Below are positions 34,271 through 44,596 of a stretch of 64,000 bases of DNA, piece by piece (the first letter of the stretch is position 1; each line of letters starts with the position of its first letter). A program made the translations under genes and the position numbers. Source of the stretch: Chloroflexota bacterium (GTDB taxonomy: Bacteria > Chloroflexota > Dehalococcoidia > FW602-bin16); assembly GCA_004297765.1 (NCBI GenBank), contig SCTZ01000085.1:10240-74239 (forward strand), in the 5' to 3' direction. The notes beneath the pieces were generated by a model. That model searched no databases and had not been told where the DNA came from. It worked only from the letters and a program-made list of their open reading frames with translations.

Positions 34271-34578
34271 TCTCCTCCTGCCCCACCGGGCATATGGGCC
34301 AGTTACGCCGACGCGCCCAACATTCCAGATTCCGGTACACCCCGACGTCGGGCTGCGTCCGTGCACCACACCCATCCTGAAGCGATTATCCGTTCGGTAG
34401 AGGTGCATCTTCCATGCCCGCCGAGTCCGGTCGCCCGGATAGGACGGGGAGCGTCGATCTCCTCACCTATCCATCAAACGATCAAGCATGGCACTTGAAA
34501 GGCTAATCAGCAACCGGTAGAATTGGCGGCAGAGTCACCATTGCGCGCTCCGGCTTTTGCTCGACGGGGAGGTAGCAG

Positions 34579-35619
34579 ATGATCGAAGTGTCAGCCCGGG
34601 ACGGAAGCGCAGATGCGCTTCTATTCGAAGCGAACATCGATATCGGTCCTCACTTCACCTTTCCTCACTTGAAACGGGCCTGCCTGACCTCTTCGTCCCT
34701 CACCGTTCACACTAGGATACCCCTGGTAATCCCGCTCAAGTCCATCGAGAGTGTTCGACTCAGGCGCTGGTGGCTGTCCGAGCGGGCGATCGAGATACGT
34801 TATGTCGATGGCGTCAGCCGCAAGTTGCGCTTCTCGGTGAGCAATCGTCTCGCGACAGATCGACGCGCTACGCAGGACTTCTTCCAAGCCATTGAAGCGG
34901 CCAGAGGAGGCACTGCAGCTTGGAAGATACCATCAGGCGTATTCCCGGCACAGCTTGCGCCTGTTTACGCCCAAACCGTACACCAAATGCGGAAAGAGAT
35001 CGGCAGTTGGGGGAAATGGCTGATGGGTGTCGGTATTGTTTCACTGGTGCTCAACAACTTTCTCGACCCGACCTGGGGCATCGTGTTGATCCTCGCGGGG
35101 CTCCTATCCTTCAAGATCAAGGAGCCATGCCTGCTCATCGTCTACGGATGCACGCTAGTCTGGGCCGCGATCCTGAATATCGCCTCCGCGAGTCCCTCTG
35201 TGGCCGGGGTGATGGGTGTGCAGTTGATTCTCGCATTCACGGTCTTCAGCCGCTACCCGCGCTACGACAGGGCCTTCCGGAAATACGCGGCGGCCGTCGT
35301 TGCCGAAGGGCAGTCCACGCCCATGTCGCCCTACGCGGCGCATTTCCCGCTGGCGAGCATGTTGCTGGGTTTGGGAACACTGATGGCTCTGTGCGGACTG
35401 ATCCTCGCGGTAGCTTTTGGCATCGGTCCGCACATAGCTCAGATCGGATCAGTGGTTGATCGCCTTTTCGCGCTCGACTTCTATTTTGCGGCGGCCGCCT
35501 TTACGCTCGGGCTGGCCGCACTACTGCGCGATGGCGGCAACCGCCTGCAGAGCGCGGTGGGTATGGGTCTCGGTCTAACGGCGATTTGGATTATCCTTTT
35601 CCTTACGATCGCGCGGTAG
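34579..35619 (+). CDS. membrane protein, soluble N-terminal domain + 6-7 TM helices, unknown function
   Basis: 346-aa ORF. About 130 aa are soluble at the N-terminus, followed by repeated hydrophobic helices. No recognised motifs. Confidence 0.5.
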   Translation: MIEVSARDGSADALLFEANIDIGPHFTFPHLKRACLTSSSLTVHTRIPLVIPLKSIESVRLRRWWLSERAIEIRYVDGVSRKLRFSVSNRLATDRRATQDFFQAIEAARGGTAAWKIPSGVFPAQLAPVYAQTVHQMRKEIGSWGKWLMGVGIVSLVLNNFLDPTWGIVLILAGLLSFKIKEPCLLIVYGCTLVWAAILNIASASPSVAGVMGVQLILAFTVFSRYPRYDRAFRKYAAAVVAEGQSTPMSPYAAHFPLASMLLGLGTLMALCGLILAVAFGIGPHIAQIGSVVDRLFALDFYFAAAAFTLGLAALLRDGGNRLQSAVGMGLGLTAIWIILFLTIAR

Positions 35620-35988
35620 GCTGATCTCCATGGGCTCGTCCTGCCTTATGATCACAAGCTGGCGACTCAGTAACACCTCTCATCCACTAGGTAGCTGGCA
35701 CGCGTCTTGCGGGCTACGCGCCTCGGGTTCACCCTTTTCAACTGAAGGCGCCAACGCTTCCCTATCACTTGTCACACACTTTCTCAGGACCGCCAGGCGT
35801 TGGGCCAGCTGTGCGGGGGAGGAAGGTTTCGCCATGCGGTAGAACGCCCCTCAACCTCTCAAGGCGATCTAGCAGGCGACTCCGATGAAACGCTTTCAGG
35901 TCTTCTTAATCCACGTGCTAACCGCTTGCATGGCAAGGGGCTTTCTGCTATCATGACGGCGTCTTCCAAGTAACGCACATATGAAATT

Positions 35989-36351
35989 ATGAAGAGTGTC
36001 CTGATAGTAGAGCCTGACGAGCCCCTCGCTGCGCTGCTGGAGCTCGTCCTCCAAGAAGACGGATACACGATCACCCTTGCTCACAACCTCGATGAAGCAA
36101 GGGATATTCTCTGTCGTTCCCACTTTGACGCTATCATCACCGAGGCATTCAACCAGGGCAATCTTTTCAGTTTCGATCCTCGCTTCCTTTCTGATCTGCA
36201 GGCGGCCGCTGGCAACACGCCCATTGTCCTCTGCTCGACCGACACCTACGCTCTTGGGCTACGAACGGGCGACTTTGGATTGGCAGACGTTATCTCCAAG
36301 CCATTGGACATAGACGACCTGCCGCGCAAGATGCGGAAGGTGACAGGGTAA
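35989..36351 (+). CDS. stand-alone receiver-domain protein with Glu at the phospho-acceptor position (atypical/pseudo-receiver)
   Basis: CheY-like fold: VLIVEPDEP..., FDAIITEAF (Glu where the phospho-acceptor Asp is expected), IVLCSTD, ISKPLD. Confidence 0.65.
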   Translation: MKSVLIVEPDEPLAALLELVLQEDGYTITLAHNLDEARDILCRSHFDAIITEAFNQGNLFSFDPRFLSDLQAAAGNTPIVLCSTDTYALGLRTGDFGLADVISKPLDIDDLPRKMRKVTG

Positions 36352-36371
36352 TCCCAGCAACAACCGGTCCC

Positions 36372-36935
36372 TCAGGCTCCCTTTGATTCCTCACGCCAGC
36401 CTGAGCGCGGGTCTCGCAGCAACAGATCGAGTCGGAACTCGTAGTCCTCGACGTCGATCTCGCCTCGGATGTAGCGATCCTTCAGGATGTCTACCAGCGC
36501 ATCGAGATACTGCTGCCGGCTGATAACTCCCGCGGCGTAGCGTTCGCGAAGTAGATCCGACGACCCATCGTGGCCGTTCCGTCCGTCCCAAATGTCTCGG
36601 TCTCGTCCGATCTGTACGAGTGCGTCCACATACTGCTGCCGCGTCAGCTCACCACCCGCAAAGCGCTGGTAAAGAATATCCTCGGCCCCTCTGGACCGGA
36701 TGCGGTTTCTGGCGCCTCCCGCCCTAGTTACCGCCAAGACCACTACGAGGACCACGACGAACAGTACCATCACTTGAAGAGCCATCCAGATAACCTCCCC
36801 GATGATGACTGGCGCCCCGACGATCGGTCCCACAAACTCACCCCCAGATACCCATCCGCAATGCGCTCTGAAACGATTGGCATGCGCGCCAGTCGCACCA
36901 AACGTTGGAGCGCTGTGGAATAAATAGTCCCACAA
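36372..36935 (-). CDS. membrane protein with repeated SHOCT domains
   Basis: TM helix MALQVMVLFVVVLVVVLAV, then SHOCT-like repeats (YQRFAGGELTRQQYVDALVQI; LRERYAAGVISRQQYLDALVDILKDRYIRGEIDVEDYEFRLDLL). The start is uncertain (36935 or 36785). Confidence 0.65.
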   Translation of the reverse strand: MWDYLFHSAPTFGATGAHANRFRAHCGWVSGGEFVGPIVGAPVIIGEVIWMALQVMVLFVVVLVVVLAVTRAGGARNRIRSRGAEDILYQRFAGGELTRQQYVDALVQIGRDRDIWDGRNGHDGSSDLLRERYAAGVISRQQYLDALVDILKDRYIRGEIDVEDYEFRLDLLLRDPRSGWREESKGA

Positions 36936-37063
36936 CTTGAATGCGCAGCAGAACGTGTTCCAAGCAAGGACTGAACAGTGGTCTTATCGGTTTGACCGAC
37001 CGAGGCTGATGGCCTACAATCTTCCTCGGCAGCCATGTTTCATGCTGTACGTGCGGTTTAGGA

Positions 37064-37621
37064 TTGAGAGCAGACACTATGATGAGACAGAGCACACCGT
37101 CGCGCGTGGTCGATGAGGACAGACCCGAGCCCAAGCAGATCGTAATCTATACCGACGGTGCGTGCCTCGGCAACCCTGGTCCGGGGGGGTACGGGGTTGT
37201 AATTCTATGCGACAATCAGCGCAAGGAGCTGTCAGGTGGTTTTCGCCTGACCACCAACAACCGCATGGAGATTATGGCGGCGATCGTCGGATTGCGTGAG
37301 TTGAAAGACTCCTGTTCTGTGACCCTCTACACCGACTCCCAATACCTGTCCAACGCCATGAGCAAAGGCTGGGCAAAACGCTGGCGTGCCAACGGCTGGA
37401 TGCGCAACAACAAGGAGAAGGCTCTCAACCCCGACCTGTGGGAGCAACTACTGGGGCTGTGCGACCGGCATGTTGTGAGATTCGTCTGGGTCCGGGGCCA
37501 CGCCGGCAACCGGGAGAATGAGCGCTGTGATCAACTCTCGTGGCAGGCCGCCCGACAACGCGGCCTACCGCACGATCCGGGCTACGAAGGTCCCGCTCAG
37601 CGCGGTCTCAGCCTTCGCTAG
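37064..37621 (+). CDS. rnhA: ribonuclease HI
   Basis: [56 protein letters not shown]: the DEDD catalytic contexts of RNase HI. Confidence 0.9.
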   Translation: MRADTMMRQSTPSRVVDEDRPEPKQIVIYTDGACLGNPGPGGYGVVILCDNQRKELSGGFRLTTNNRMEIMAAIVGLRELKDSCSVTLYTDSQYLSNAMSKGWAKRWRANGWMRNNKEKALNPDLWEQLLGLCDRHVVRFVWVRGHAGNRENERCDQLSWQAARQRGLPHDPGYEGPAQRGLSLR

Positions 37622-37721
37622 AGTACCATCAGGAGACCAGCACGGACCTATCCCCGCGCCACCCTTTCGTTGAGCGAAGAGGTTTCAGACTCCTCCCCGA
37701 GCTCATCGTCTGACGACACCA

Positions 37722-37750
37722 TTGAACGGCTCGCCGATTTGGGCTATAAT
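37722..37750 (+). promoter_or_regulatory. sigma-70-like promoter for tRNA-Gly (TTGAAC-17 nt-TATAAT)
   Basis: TTGAAC at 37722-37727, a 17-nt spacer, then TATAAT at 37745-37750, about 40 nt upstream of the tRNA 5' end. Confidence 0.65.
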
Positions 37751-37790
37751 GTTCCCAAGCAGACTCGTTCGCGGGTCTGGTCTGAAGTTC

Positions 37791-37865
37791 GCGGGAGTAG
37801 CGCAGTGGTAGCGCACCTGCCTTCCAAGCAGGCTGTCGCGGGTTCGAGTCCCGTCTCCCGCTCCA
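37791..37865 (+). tRNA. tRNA-Gly (anticodon TCC), CCA encoded
   Basis: Manual cloverleaf. Acceptor GCGGGAG/CTCCCGC; D-arm GCGC-AGTGGTA-GCGC; anticodon arm CCTGC-CTTCCAA-GCAGG (TCC); T-arm GCGGG-TTCGAGT-CCCGT; then T-CCA. Confidence 0.9.
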
Positions 37866-37883
37866 AGTCCCTAATTTCCCCCG

Positions 37884-37918
37884 AAATCCGCCCCACTGGA
37901 GGGCGGATTTTCCGTTTT
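37884..37918 (+). terminator. intrinsic terminator after tRNA-Gly
   Basis: AAATCCGCCC-cactgga-GGGCGGATTT followed by tccgtttt. Confidence 0.7.
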
Positions 37919-38081
37919 CCGCCCCGAAAACGACCCCCAGTGGGGAATTGCGCAAATCGGCGTCTCGCAGGAAACGTGCTAGTGCGTTCCTGCCTTCCCC
38001 GGGAATCGCGGTCCACGGACTCTTTACTTGTCCCGGACTTGTCTCCCAGACAATTATCAAGGAAGGGAGACAAGTAGTAAG

Positions 38082-38894
38082 ATGGGCGCGAAGAGGTGGA
38101 ACGAATTGAAACCTGACAAACTCAAACTGGATAGCCTGAAGGGGCACTTCGAGGTCTTCAACCGCAGCGAGGGCAAGTCGCCCAAGACCGTGATCTGGTA
38201 CAACGAGACCTTGAAGGATTTCATCGCGTTCCTTGAGAAGGAGGGAATCCCGCCATCGCTGGCGACGGCCGATGAGATGGCGGTACGCCGCTACATTCTC
38301 GACCTGCAGAATAGGAAAGTCCACGGCAGGCCAATATCCAGCCATTCGGTAAACAGCCGCGTCCGAGCGCTGCGCGTATTCTACAACTGGCTTTACAACC
38401 AGAAATACACGAAGCGTAATTTGTTGGAGAAAGTCAGGCCGCCCAAGGCAGAGGAGAAGATCGTTGAACTCCTGACGGAGTCGGAGATAGCACGCCTTTT
38501 CGCTGCCTTCAACCCCAATACCGCGTTGGGAGCTCGCAACATTGCCATCATTGCTACGTTGCTAGACTGTGGGCTACGGCGGTCGGAAGCCATCGATCTC
38601 AAGGATGAAGACGCCAAACTCTCCGACGGCTACGTCAAAGTTATGGGCAAGGGGAGAAAGGAACGGATGGTGACCCTGGGTTCCACCAGCCAGCGAGCCT
38701 TGCCTCACTACCACCATCCCTTCCGTTCAGAGCAAGCCAACCCCATCACCATCGCCAACTTCTTCCTCAGCTGCCAGGGCTATCCCTTCACCTCATCAGG
38801 ACTGACAAGCATGATCGTCATACCATGGGAGCGTTCTGGTGTTCCGCGTCTGCACGTCTATTTTCGCTTCAGGACGCCGAGCGCAATATGTGTA
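38082..38894 (+). pseudogene. tyrosine recombinase (phage-integrase family), C-terminally truncated/degenerate
   Basis: SAM-like N-domain (TVIWYNETLKDFIAFL...RALRVFYNWL) and the first catalytic Arg context (ATLLDCGLRRSEAIDL, VMGKGRKER). After ...GLTSMI the H-x-x-R and Tyr region is unrecognisable. The frame then runs antisense into hbd, whose stop is at 38895. Confidence 0.7.
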
Positions 38895-39752
38895 CTATTC
38901 CTTGTTGTAGTCGTAAAAGCCCTTTCCGAATTTGCGTCCGAGCAGCCCAGCCTCTACCATCTGCCGCAGCAGCTGTGGCGGGCGGAACCGCTCCCCGAAC
39001 GTGCCCAGCAGACCCTCACCGGCGTGGAAGTGGATATCGAGACCGGTGTAGTCGGCGAGCTCGAAGGGTCCCATGGGATGATTCAGCCCCAGCTTGAGGG
39101 CCTTGTCGATATCTTCCCTGCTGGCCACGCCCTCCTCCAGGATACGCATGCACTCGTATTCGAAGGCGATCAGTGCGCGGGTGACAATGAAGCCCTGGGA
39201 GTCCTTGCACATGACCGTTTCTTTGCCGAGCATGTGAGAGATCTCCTCTATCTTCCGAGCGACCTCATCGGATGTCAATAGCCCGCGGACGATCTCAATT
39301 AGGCGCATCACGGGCGGCGGATTGAACCAGTGCATTCCAATAACCCGCTCGGGCCTCTTGGTGGCGCTGGCGATGGAGGTAATGCTGAGCTCGGAGGTGT
39401 TGCTGGCCAGGATTGCATCGGGACGGCAAACGCTATCCAACTCCGCAAAGATGTTCCTCTTTAGATCTAGGCGCTCGGGAACCGCCTCGATAACCAGGTC
39501 CGCCTGCTCGGCAACGGCCCGGAGGTCAGAACTGGGCTTGATGCGCGCCATCACCTGTGGCATGGCCTCCGCCTGCAGCTTCCCAGATTTCACCATGCGG
39601 GCAAGGCTGAACTGGATGGTCGATAGGGCCCGGTCCAAGATCTCCTCCGAGATATCCACCAGAACGACGTCGAAGCCGCTCAGGGCGCAAACCTGGGCGA
39701 TGCCGTTGCCCATGGTGCCGCTGCCGAGTGCCAGGATCTTTTGCACGGTCAC
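38895..39752 (-). CDS. hbd: 3-hydroxyacyl/3-hydroxybutyryl-CoA dehydrogenase
   Basis: KILALGSGTMGNGIAQVCALSGFDVVLVD Rossmann motif, plus a C-terminal 3HCDH domain (...NHPMGPFELADYTGLD). Confidence 0.9.
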   Translation of the reverse strand: MTVQKILALGSGTMGNGIAQVCALSGFDVVLVDISEEILDRALSTIQFSLARMVKSGKLQAEAMPQVMARIKPSSDLRAVAEQADLVIEAVPERLDLKRNIFAELDSVCRPDAILASNTSELSITSIASATKRPERVIGMHWFNPPPVMRLIEIVRGLLTSDEVARKIEEISHMLGKETVMCKDSQGFIVTRALIAFEYECMRILEEGVASREDIDKALKLGLNHPMGPFELADYTGLDIHFHAGEGLLGTFGERFRPPQLLRQMVEAGLLGRKFGKGFYDYNKE

Positions 39753-39891
39753 AATAATGCTCCTTTACACACTGGTGATTTTGGAATCTACGCCAACGGA
39801 TGACGGACGCCAATTCGCCCTCATCGCCGGAGGTTCAACGTTAACCGTGTGACCCCGAGCAAAGAGGCGTGAGGGCAAACCAGGCCGTGGA

Positions 39892-41085
39892 CTAATACTC
39901 CTCGCGCTCGAATATGGCGGCCATGCCTTGTCCACCGCCGACACACATGGTCACCATGCCGTAGCGCCCCTGGCGGCGTAGGAGTTCGTAGATCATCGTA
40001 GTCGTCAAACGAATGCCGGTGCAGCCGAGCGGATGTCCTAGCGCAATAGCGCCGCCGTTCGGGTTGACCTTGGCAGGATCCAGTCCAAGCTCTTTGATGC
40101 AGTAGACAGCCTGACTGGCAAAGGCCTCGTTCAACTCGATCACGTCCATGTCGTCCGCAGTCAGGCCGACCTTCTTGAGCACCTTGGGCACGGCGGACAC
40201 AGGACCGATGCCCATCACGCGCGGATCGACTCCAGCGACGGAATAGGCTCGATAGGTCACCAGCGGCTTGATCCCCAGGTCTTTGGCCTTCTCTTTGCTC
40301 ATCATCACCATGGCAGCCGCTCCGTCATTCATACCAGATGAGTTGCCAGCGGTAACAGACCCGCCTGTCCTAAATGCCGGCGCAAGTCTGGCGAGACCCT
40401 CCAGAGTCGTCTCGGGACGCGGATGCTCATCTGTATCCACGACGACGGCCGGGCCCATCTTTTGCGGGATCTCCACCGGGACAATCTCGTCCTTGAAGCG
40501 ACCTGCTCGTATGGCGGCGATGGCCCGCTTCTGGCTCTCCAGGGCGAATGCGTCCTGCTCCTCTCGGGAGATGTTGAACTTTTCGGCCACGTTCTCCGCG
40601 GTGTCTCCCATGACCATCTCGCCGTAGATTTCCGGAGGGGAGGAAAACGGACCACCGAACGAATCGAGCAGCAACTGCGGGCCGCGCTGATACGGGTTCG
40701 GCATCTTCTCCAGAAGGAAGGGGGCGCGGGACATGCTCTCCAGTCCAGACGCTATCACAATCTCCGCGTCCTCATTCAGGATCACCTGCGCGGCCGTCAC
40801 GATAGCCTGCAGCCCAGAGCTGCACAGCCGATTGACGGTCTGCCCAGGGACGTGCACGGGAAAGCCAGCCTTTACCAACGCCCAGCGCCCCACGTTCGAC
40901 GCCCGGCCTGCCGGCAGCGTGCATCCCATGATGACATCCTCGACCACGCCAGGATGGATACGAGCACGCCGGACCGCCTCCTTGAGAACATGTACCGCCA
41001 GATCACCCGGCGCCACATCGCGCAGAACTCCCGCGTGACGCCCTACGGCCGTTCGGCATGCCGATACGATCACCACCTCTCGCAT
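39892..41085 (-). CDS. acetyl-CoA C-acetyltransferase (thiolase II)
   Basis: Active-site contexts [26 protein letters not shown] and CVGGGQG. Confidence 0.9.
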   Translation of the reverse strand: MREVVIVSACRTAVGRHAGVLRDVAPGDLAVHVLKEAVRRARIHPGVVEDVIMGCTLPAGRASNVGRWALVKAGFPVHVPGQTVNRLCSSGLQAIVTAAQVILNEDAEIVIASGLESMSRAPFLLEKMPNPYQRGPQLLLDSFGGPFSSPPEIYGEMVMGDTAENVAEKFNISREEQDAFALESQKRAIAAIRAGRFKDEIVPVEIPQKMGPAVVVDTDEHPRPETTLEGLARLAPAFRTGGSVTAGNSSGMNDGAAAMVMMSKEKAKDLGIKPLVTYRAYSVAGVDPRVMGIGPVSAVPKVLKKVGLTADDMDVIELNEAFASQAVYCIKELGLDPAKVNPNGGAIALGHPLGCTGIRLTTTMIYELLRRQGRYGMVTMCVGGGQGMAAIFEREEY

Positions 41086-41151
41086 TCCAAACCTCCTCGT
41101 CGACTCTCTTCAATCCACCGGGGCTCGCGGAAGCGGGAGTTACGAAGGGGA

Positions 41152-42099
41152 CTAGCCGCCCTTCTTCACCTGTGCGAGAAGTTCCGGCAGAATCGCGTAC
41201 AGGTCGCCCACGATGCCGTAGTCGCTTACCTTGAAAATCGGAGCGTCCGCCGCCTTGTTAATCGCAACGATCGTCTTTGCGCGCGTGATGCCGACCGTAT
41301 GCTGGATCTGACCGGAGACGCCGACCGCCAGGTAGAGCTTGGGCGCGGCCTTCACCCCGGTGAGTCCTACTATCCGATCCTCCGAGAGCCAGTGCAGGTC
41401 CATCCCAAGCGGTCGCGTGCAGGCGATCTCCGCTCCTATCGCGTCCGCGAGATCGCTGACCATTCGCAGGTCGTCTTGGTTGATCAATCCCTTCCCTACC
41501 GCGATGATCCGCTCAGCCTCCTCCAACCGCACGCCCTCTCTCGCCTTAGGCTTGCGCTCAAGCAGCCTCTTCTTTTTGCCTCCGGCGGCTAGCTCAACAT
41601 CGACCGTCTGTCCGGTCCGAGAAGCATCGCGCTCCGGACGACCAAAAGCGTAAGGCATGACCGCGTACACTTTTCTAGCAGTCAGAACCTCCTCAGTGGC
41701 CACCGAGTTGCCACCGAGGGTGTAGCGATCCGCCAGTAGCACGTCTCCCTCACGGCGCAAGTCGATCACATCCGTGACACAGCCGGCGCCCAGCCGCGTG
41801 GCAAGCCGCGCGGCGATCTCCTTGCCACGTTTGGTCGAAGAGATGAGGTAGATATCCACGCCGACCGTGTCCGCCAGCCGCGCGAGCGTCCCCGCGAGAT
41901 CGCTTTCGTCGGCCACGCCCTCCGCGGAGACGCGATACACTATGTCTGCGCCATTGAAGAAGCACTCGTCGACCGCGCCAGGCACACCATCCGACAGCAG
42001 CAGCGCAGCAACCCGGTCGCCCTGGCATAGCTCCGCGGCCTTGCCCAGCAGCTCATACAGCCCGCCGCTCTCTTCCGAAAAAGCAAGAATCTTCGTCAT
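41152..42099 (-). CDS. etfA: electron transfer flavoprotein alpha subunit (EtfA/FixB)
   Basis: C-terminal FAD-binding region ...LYLAVGVSGQIQHTVGITRAKTIVAINKAADAPIF...DYGIVGDL. Confidence 0.9.
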   Translation of the reverse strand: MTKILAFSEESGGLYELLGKAAELCQGDRVAALLLSDGVPGAVDECFFNGADIVYRVSAEGVADESDLAGTLARLADTVGVDIYLISSTKRGKEIAARLATRLGAGCVTDVIDLRREGDVLLADRYTLGGNSVATEEVLTARKVYAVMPYAFGRPERDASRTGQTVDVELAAGGKKKRLLERKPKAREGVRLEEAERIIAVGKGLINQDDLRMVSDLADAIGAEIACTRPLGMDLHWLSEDRIVGLTGVKAAPKLYLAVGVSGQIQHTVGITRAKTIVAINKAADAPIFKVSDYGIVGDLYAILPELLAQVKKGG

Positions 42100-42107
42100 T
42101 GTCTATC

Positions 42108-42893
42108 TCACCTCGTGATGGCTCCGTCCTTAAGGAGTGAATCGAGCAGGCATTTCACCACGTCTTCCGTCGCGCCTTCGTAGGTGATCCCTTTGCGACT
42201 GATCCGGGGTGCCACGTTCCGCGTGCGCTGGACCAGCTTGTCGACGGCGATGCGCTGGGCATCCAGTCCGAGGTCGTTGACCGTCCATTCCTGGACCGGC
42301 TTCTTCCCCGCCTTCAGGATGTCCGTCAGGGAGGGCAAGTGCGGCTCGTTGATCTCGGTGGTGACGCTCACCACGGCTGGGAGTTGGACCTCGACAGACT
42401 CGTAGCGATCTTCCAGATCACGCACGCAGCGCGCGATCCCTCCTTCGATCGAGATCTCCCGCACTCCCGTCACGCCAGGAACGCCCAGCAACTCGGAGAG
42501 AGTCGGCGCGATCAGCCCGGCATAGTTATCGATGGATCCCTCGCCCAGCAAGAGCACGTCGAACGCGCCGATCCGTTCTACGGCCTTGGCAAGTACCGTC
42601 GCCACGGCCGCCTCGTCCGCATCCGCGAGCCGCTCGTCTACTACCAGCCGGGCTTCGTCGGCTCCCATGGACAGGACCTCTTTGACGGTCTTCTTGAGGG
42701 TCTGTCCACCCGCGCTCACCACGACGACGCGACCGCCATGCTGGGTGCGCAGATGGATGGCGGTCTCGACCGCGTTCTTGCTCAGGTCCTCGATCTCCAG
42801 CGGCAGGCCGACCAGCTTCGGCTCGCCGGTGTTGTCGTCGATCCGCACCTGGTCCAGGTCGACCGCCTGTTTTACGCAGACCACAAATTCCAT
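42108..42893 (-). CDS. etfB: electron transfer flavoprotein beta subunit (EtfB/FixA)
   Basis: MEFVVCVKQAVDL...NAVETAIHL...VVVVSAG...DVLLLGEGSID: a typical ETF beta subunit. Confidence 0.9.
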   Translation of the reverse strand: MEFVVCVKQAVDLDQVRIDDNTGEPKLVGLPLEIEDLSKNAVETAIHLRTQHGGRVVVVSAGGQTLKKTVKEVLSMGADEARLVVDERLADADEAAVATVLAKAVERIGAFDVLLLGEGSIDNYAGLIAPTLSELLGVPGVTGVREISIEGGIARCVRDLEDRYESVEVQLPAVVSVTTEINEPHLPSLTDILKAGKKPVQEWTVNDLGLDAQRIAVDKLVQRTRNVAPRISRKGITYEGATEDVVKCLLDSLLKDGAITR

Positions 42894-42911
42894 ATGGCAG
42901 AGAACCTCCTC

Positions 42912-43199
42912 TTACCCCAACCGATACTGCACGCCGCAGCCGCCTTCCGGATACTCCCAGGTCAGATGGCTGCACACCACCAGACAGGTTCCGCATTCCA
43001 GGCAGCCCTCGTAGTTGAGCACGATCTGACCGTCCGCGCCCAATGAGTACAGGTTGCCCGGACAGATGCGCAGACACCAGCGCTCTCGACAAACCGCGCA
43101 CCGCGCCTGGTCGGGCAGAATGTGCGCAGCCTTAGCTATCTTGTAGGTGTTCAACCCCAGCTTCGCCTCGATGGACAGCTTTTCCTGCTCGTAGGTCAT
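42912..43199 (-). CDS. fixX: FixX-type ferredoxin-like protein
   Basis: Only the last 95 aa of the 307-aa ORF look coding: MTYEQEKLSIEAKLGLNTY...CAVCRERWCLRICP...CLECGTCLVVC. Its ATG overlaps the fixC stop (ATGA). Confidence 0.85.
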   Translation of the reverse strand: MTYEQEKLSIEAKLGLNTYKIAKAAHILPDQARCAVCRERWCLRICPGNLYSLGADGQIVLNYEGCLECGTCLVVCSHLTWEYPEGGCGVQYRLG

Positions 43200-44482
43200 A
43201 GCATTCGATAGCCTCCTAGCGCATCGCCCAGCAGCTTGAGAACCGAGACGCGGCTCGTGATCTCCCTGCGCGCAGCGCGAGAAAACCGCTCCTTGGGACT
43301 CCCATTGAAGAACATGGTCTGCTCCAGAGCGGCGCAAGCCAGATCCGGATAATCCCTGTAGAGACGCTGATTGTCTAGCAGATGCTGGGCCTTGCCAAAG
43401 GTTCCGAAGTCCCGGCCCACGAAGCTCCCGCGCAGTAGCCTGTCGAAGCGCGACAGCTTCGCGCGGGAGAGATCGCCGGCTTCTCGGGCCTCTTTGATAG
43501 CTCGAGCCGCAAGCGCTCCGCTGGCTATCGCATAGTCCATGCCGCGCACCGTTAGCCCCATGTTCAAGCAGAGGCCGGCGGCATCGCCGACGACCAGGAC
43601 GCCGTCCCCTACCAGGGTTTGAGGTATGACCGCGGCCTCCGGGATGAGGTGGGCAGCGTACTCGACCGTCCGTCCGCCTTTGACCAGGCGCTTGATCGTG
43701 GGATGCGATTTGAGACGCTCGGTCAACTCGGAGACCTGGAAATCTGCCCCCATGGCCGCCGCTATTTCCACCACCAGTCCAAGAGAGAGGCTCTCGCGGT
43801 TCGTGTACAGGAAGCCACCCCCCTTCGCACCGCACGACGGGAAGCCGACCATGAGCATGGCCGCGCCTTCGTTGCCCTCCAGGTTGAATCGATCCTCGAT
43901 GGTGCCGCGCGGAAGCTCGATGATCTCCTTAGCGGCGACCGCGCAGTGCTTCGGATGCGGTCGTCCCAGCAGACCAAGCTTCCGTGCAAGAAGAGAATTG
44001 ACGCCATCGGCGAGGACCACCACATCGGCATCGACCGTATCCCCGGCCGAGCGAACCCCGCAGACCCGCCCATCCACCGTCGCCAACTCGTCGACTTTCA
44101 TCTTCGTGACGATCAGTCCACCGGACTCTTCCACCTTCGACGCCAGCCACTGATCGAAGGTGCCACGGAGAACGCTATGGCTATGATAGGGGGCGGTCCC
44201 AAAGCGCGAGCTGAACAACTCCACACTAACGGACGCCTCGCCGTTCATGAAACAGAGAAGCTCGCGATTGACGTGCCGCTCGAAAGGAGCGTCGTCCCAC
44301 AGCCCTGGCAGCAACTGATCCAGCGATAGGGTGTAGATTCGCCCTCCGCTGACGTTCTTTGCACCAGGGTAGTCGCCACGCTCCACCACCAGCACCGGGA
44401 TCTCCTCCCGCGCCAGCGCGTAAGCGCAGGCGAGGCCGGCAAGGCCAGCCCCGACCACGATAACGTCGAACTTCTCCCCCAT
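43196..44482 (-). CDS. fixC: ETF-quinone oxidoreductase FixC (FAD-dependent)
   Basis: FDVIVVGAGLAGLACAYALA dinucleotide fold. The 428-aa length and the fixC-fixX coupling are typical. Confidence 0.88.
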   Translation of the reverse strand: MGEKFDVIVVGAGLAGLACAYALAREEIPVLVVERGDYPGAKNVSGGRIYTLSLDQLLPGLWDDAPFERHVNRELLCFMNGEASVSVELFSSRFGTAPYHSHSVLRGTFDQWLASKVEESGGLIVTKMKVDELATVDGRVCGVRSAGDTVDADVVVLADGVNSLLARKLGLLGRPHPKHCAVAAKEIIELPRGTIEDRFNLEGNEGAAMLMVGFPSCGAKGGGFLYTNRESLSLGLVVEIAAAMGADFQVSELTERLKSHPTIKRLVKGGRTVEYAAHLIPEAAVIPQTLVGDGVLVVGDAAGLCLNMGLTVRGMDYAIASGALAARAIKEAREAGDLSRAKLSRFDRLLRGSFVGRDFGTFGKAQHLLDNQRLYRDYPDLACAALEQTMFFNGSPKERFSRAARREITSRVSVLKLLGDALGGYRML

Positions 44483-44596
44483 CCTATTACCTCAGAAGAA
44501 CCGGCACAATCCCACGGTCAGTTGATCAGTATCCGACCGATCCGTCGGATCCGGCGGATCGATCGGATCTGCAGCAGTGCACGTTACCAGACATGC

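Noticed and set aside
33284-34498. 404-aa plus-strand ORF
   Set aside because: It is antisense to the lipoprotein gene, which has a strong RBS and lipobox. It shows no motifs and is Arg-rich.
40423-41592. 389-aa plus-strand ORF across the thiolase/etfA region
   Set aside because: It spans two well-supported minus-strand genes and their intergenic gap, and has antisense composition.
42912-43835. 307-aa minus-strand ORF taken at face value
   Set aside because: The N-terminal ~210 aa overlap fixC in another frame and are Arg/Gly/Pro-rich. Only the last 95 aa (FixX ferredoxin, ATGA-coupled to fixC) are credible.
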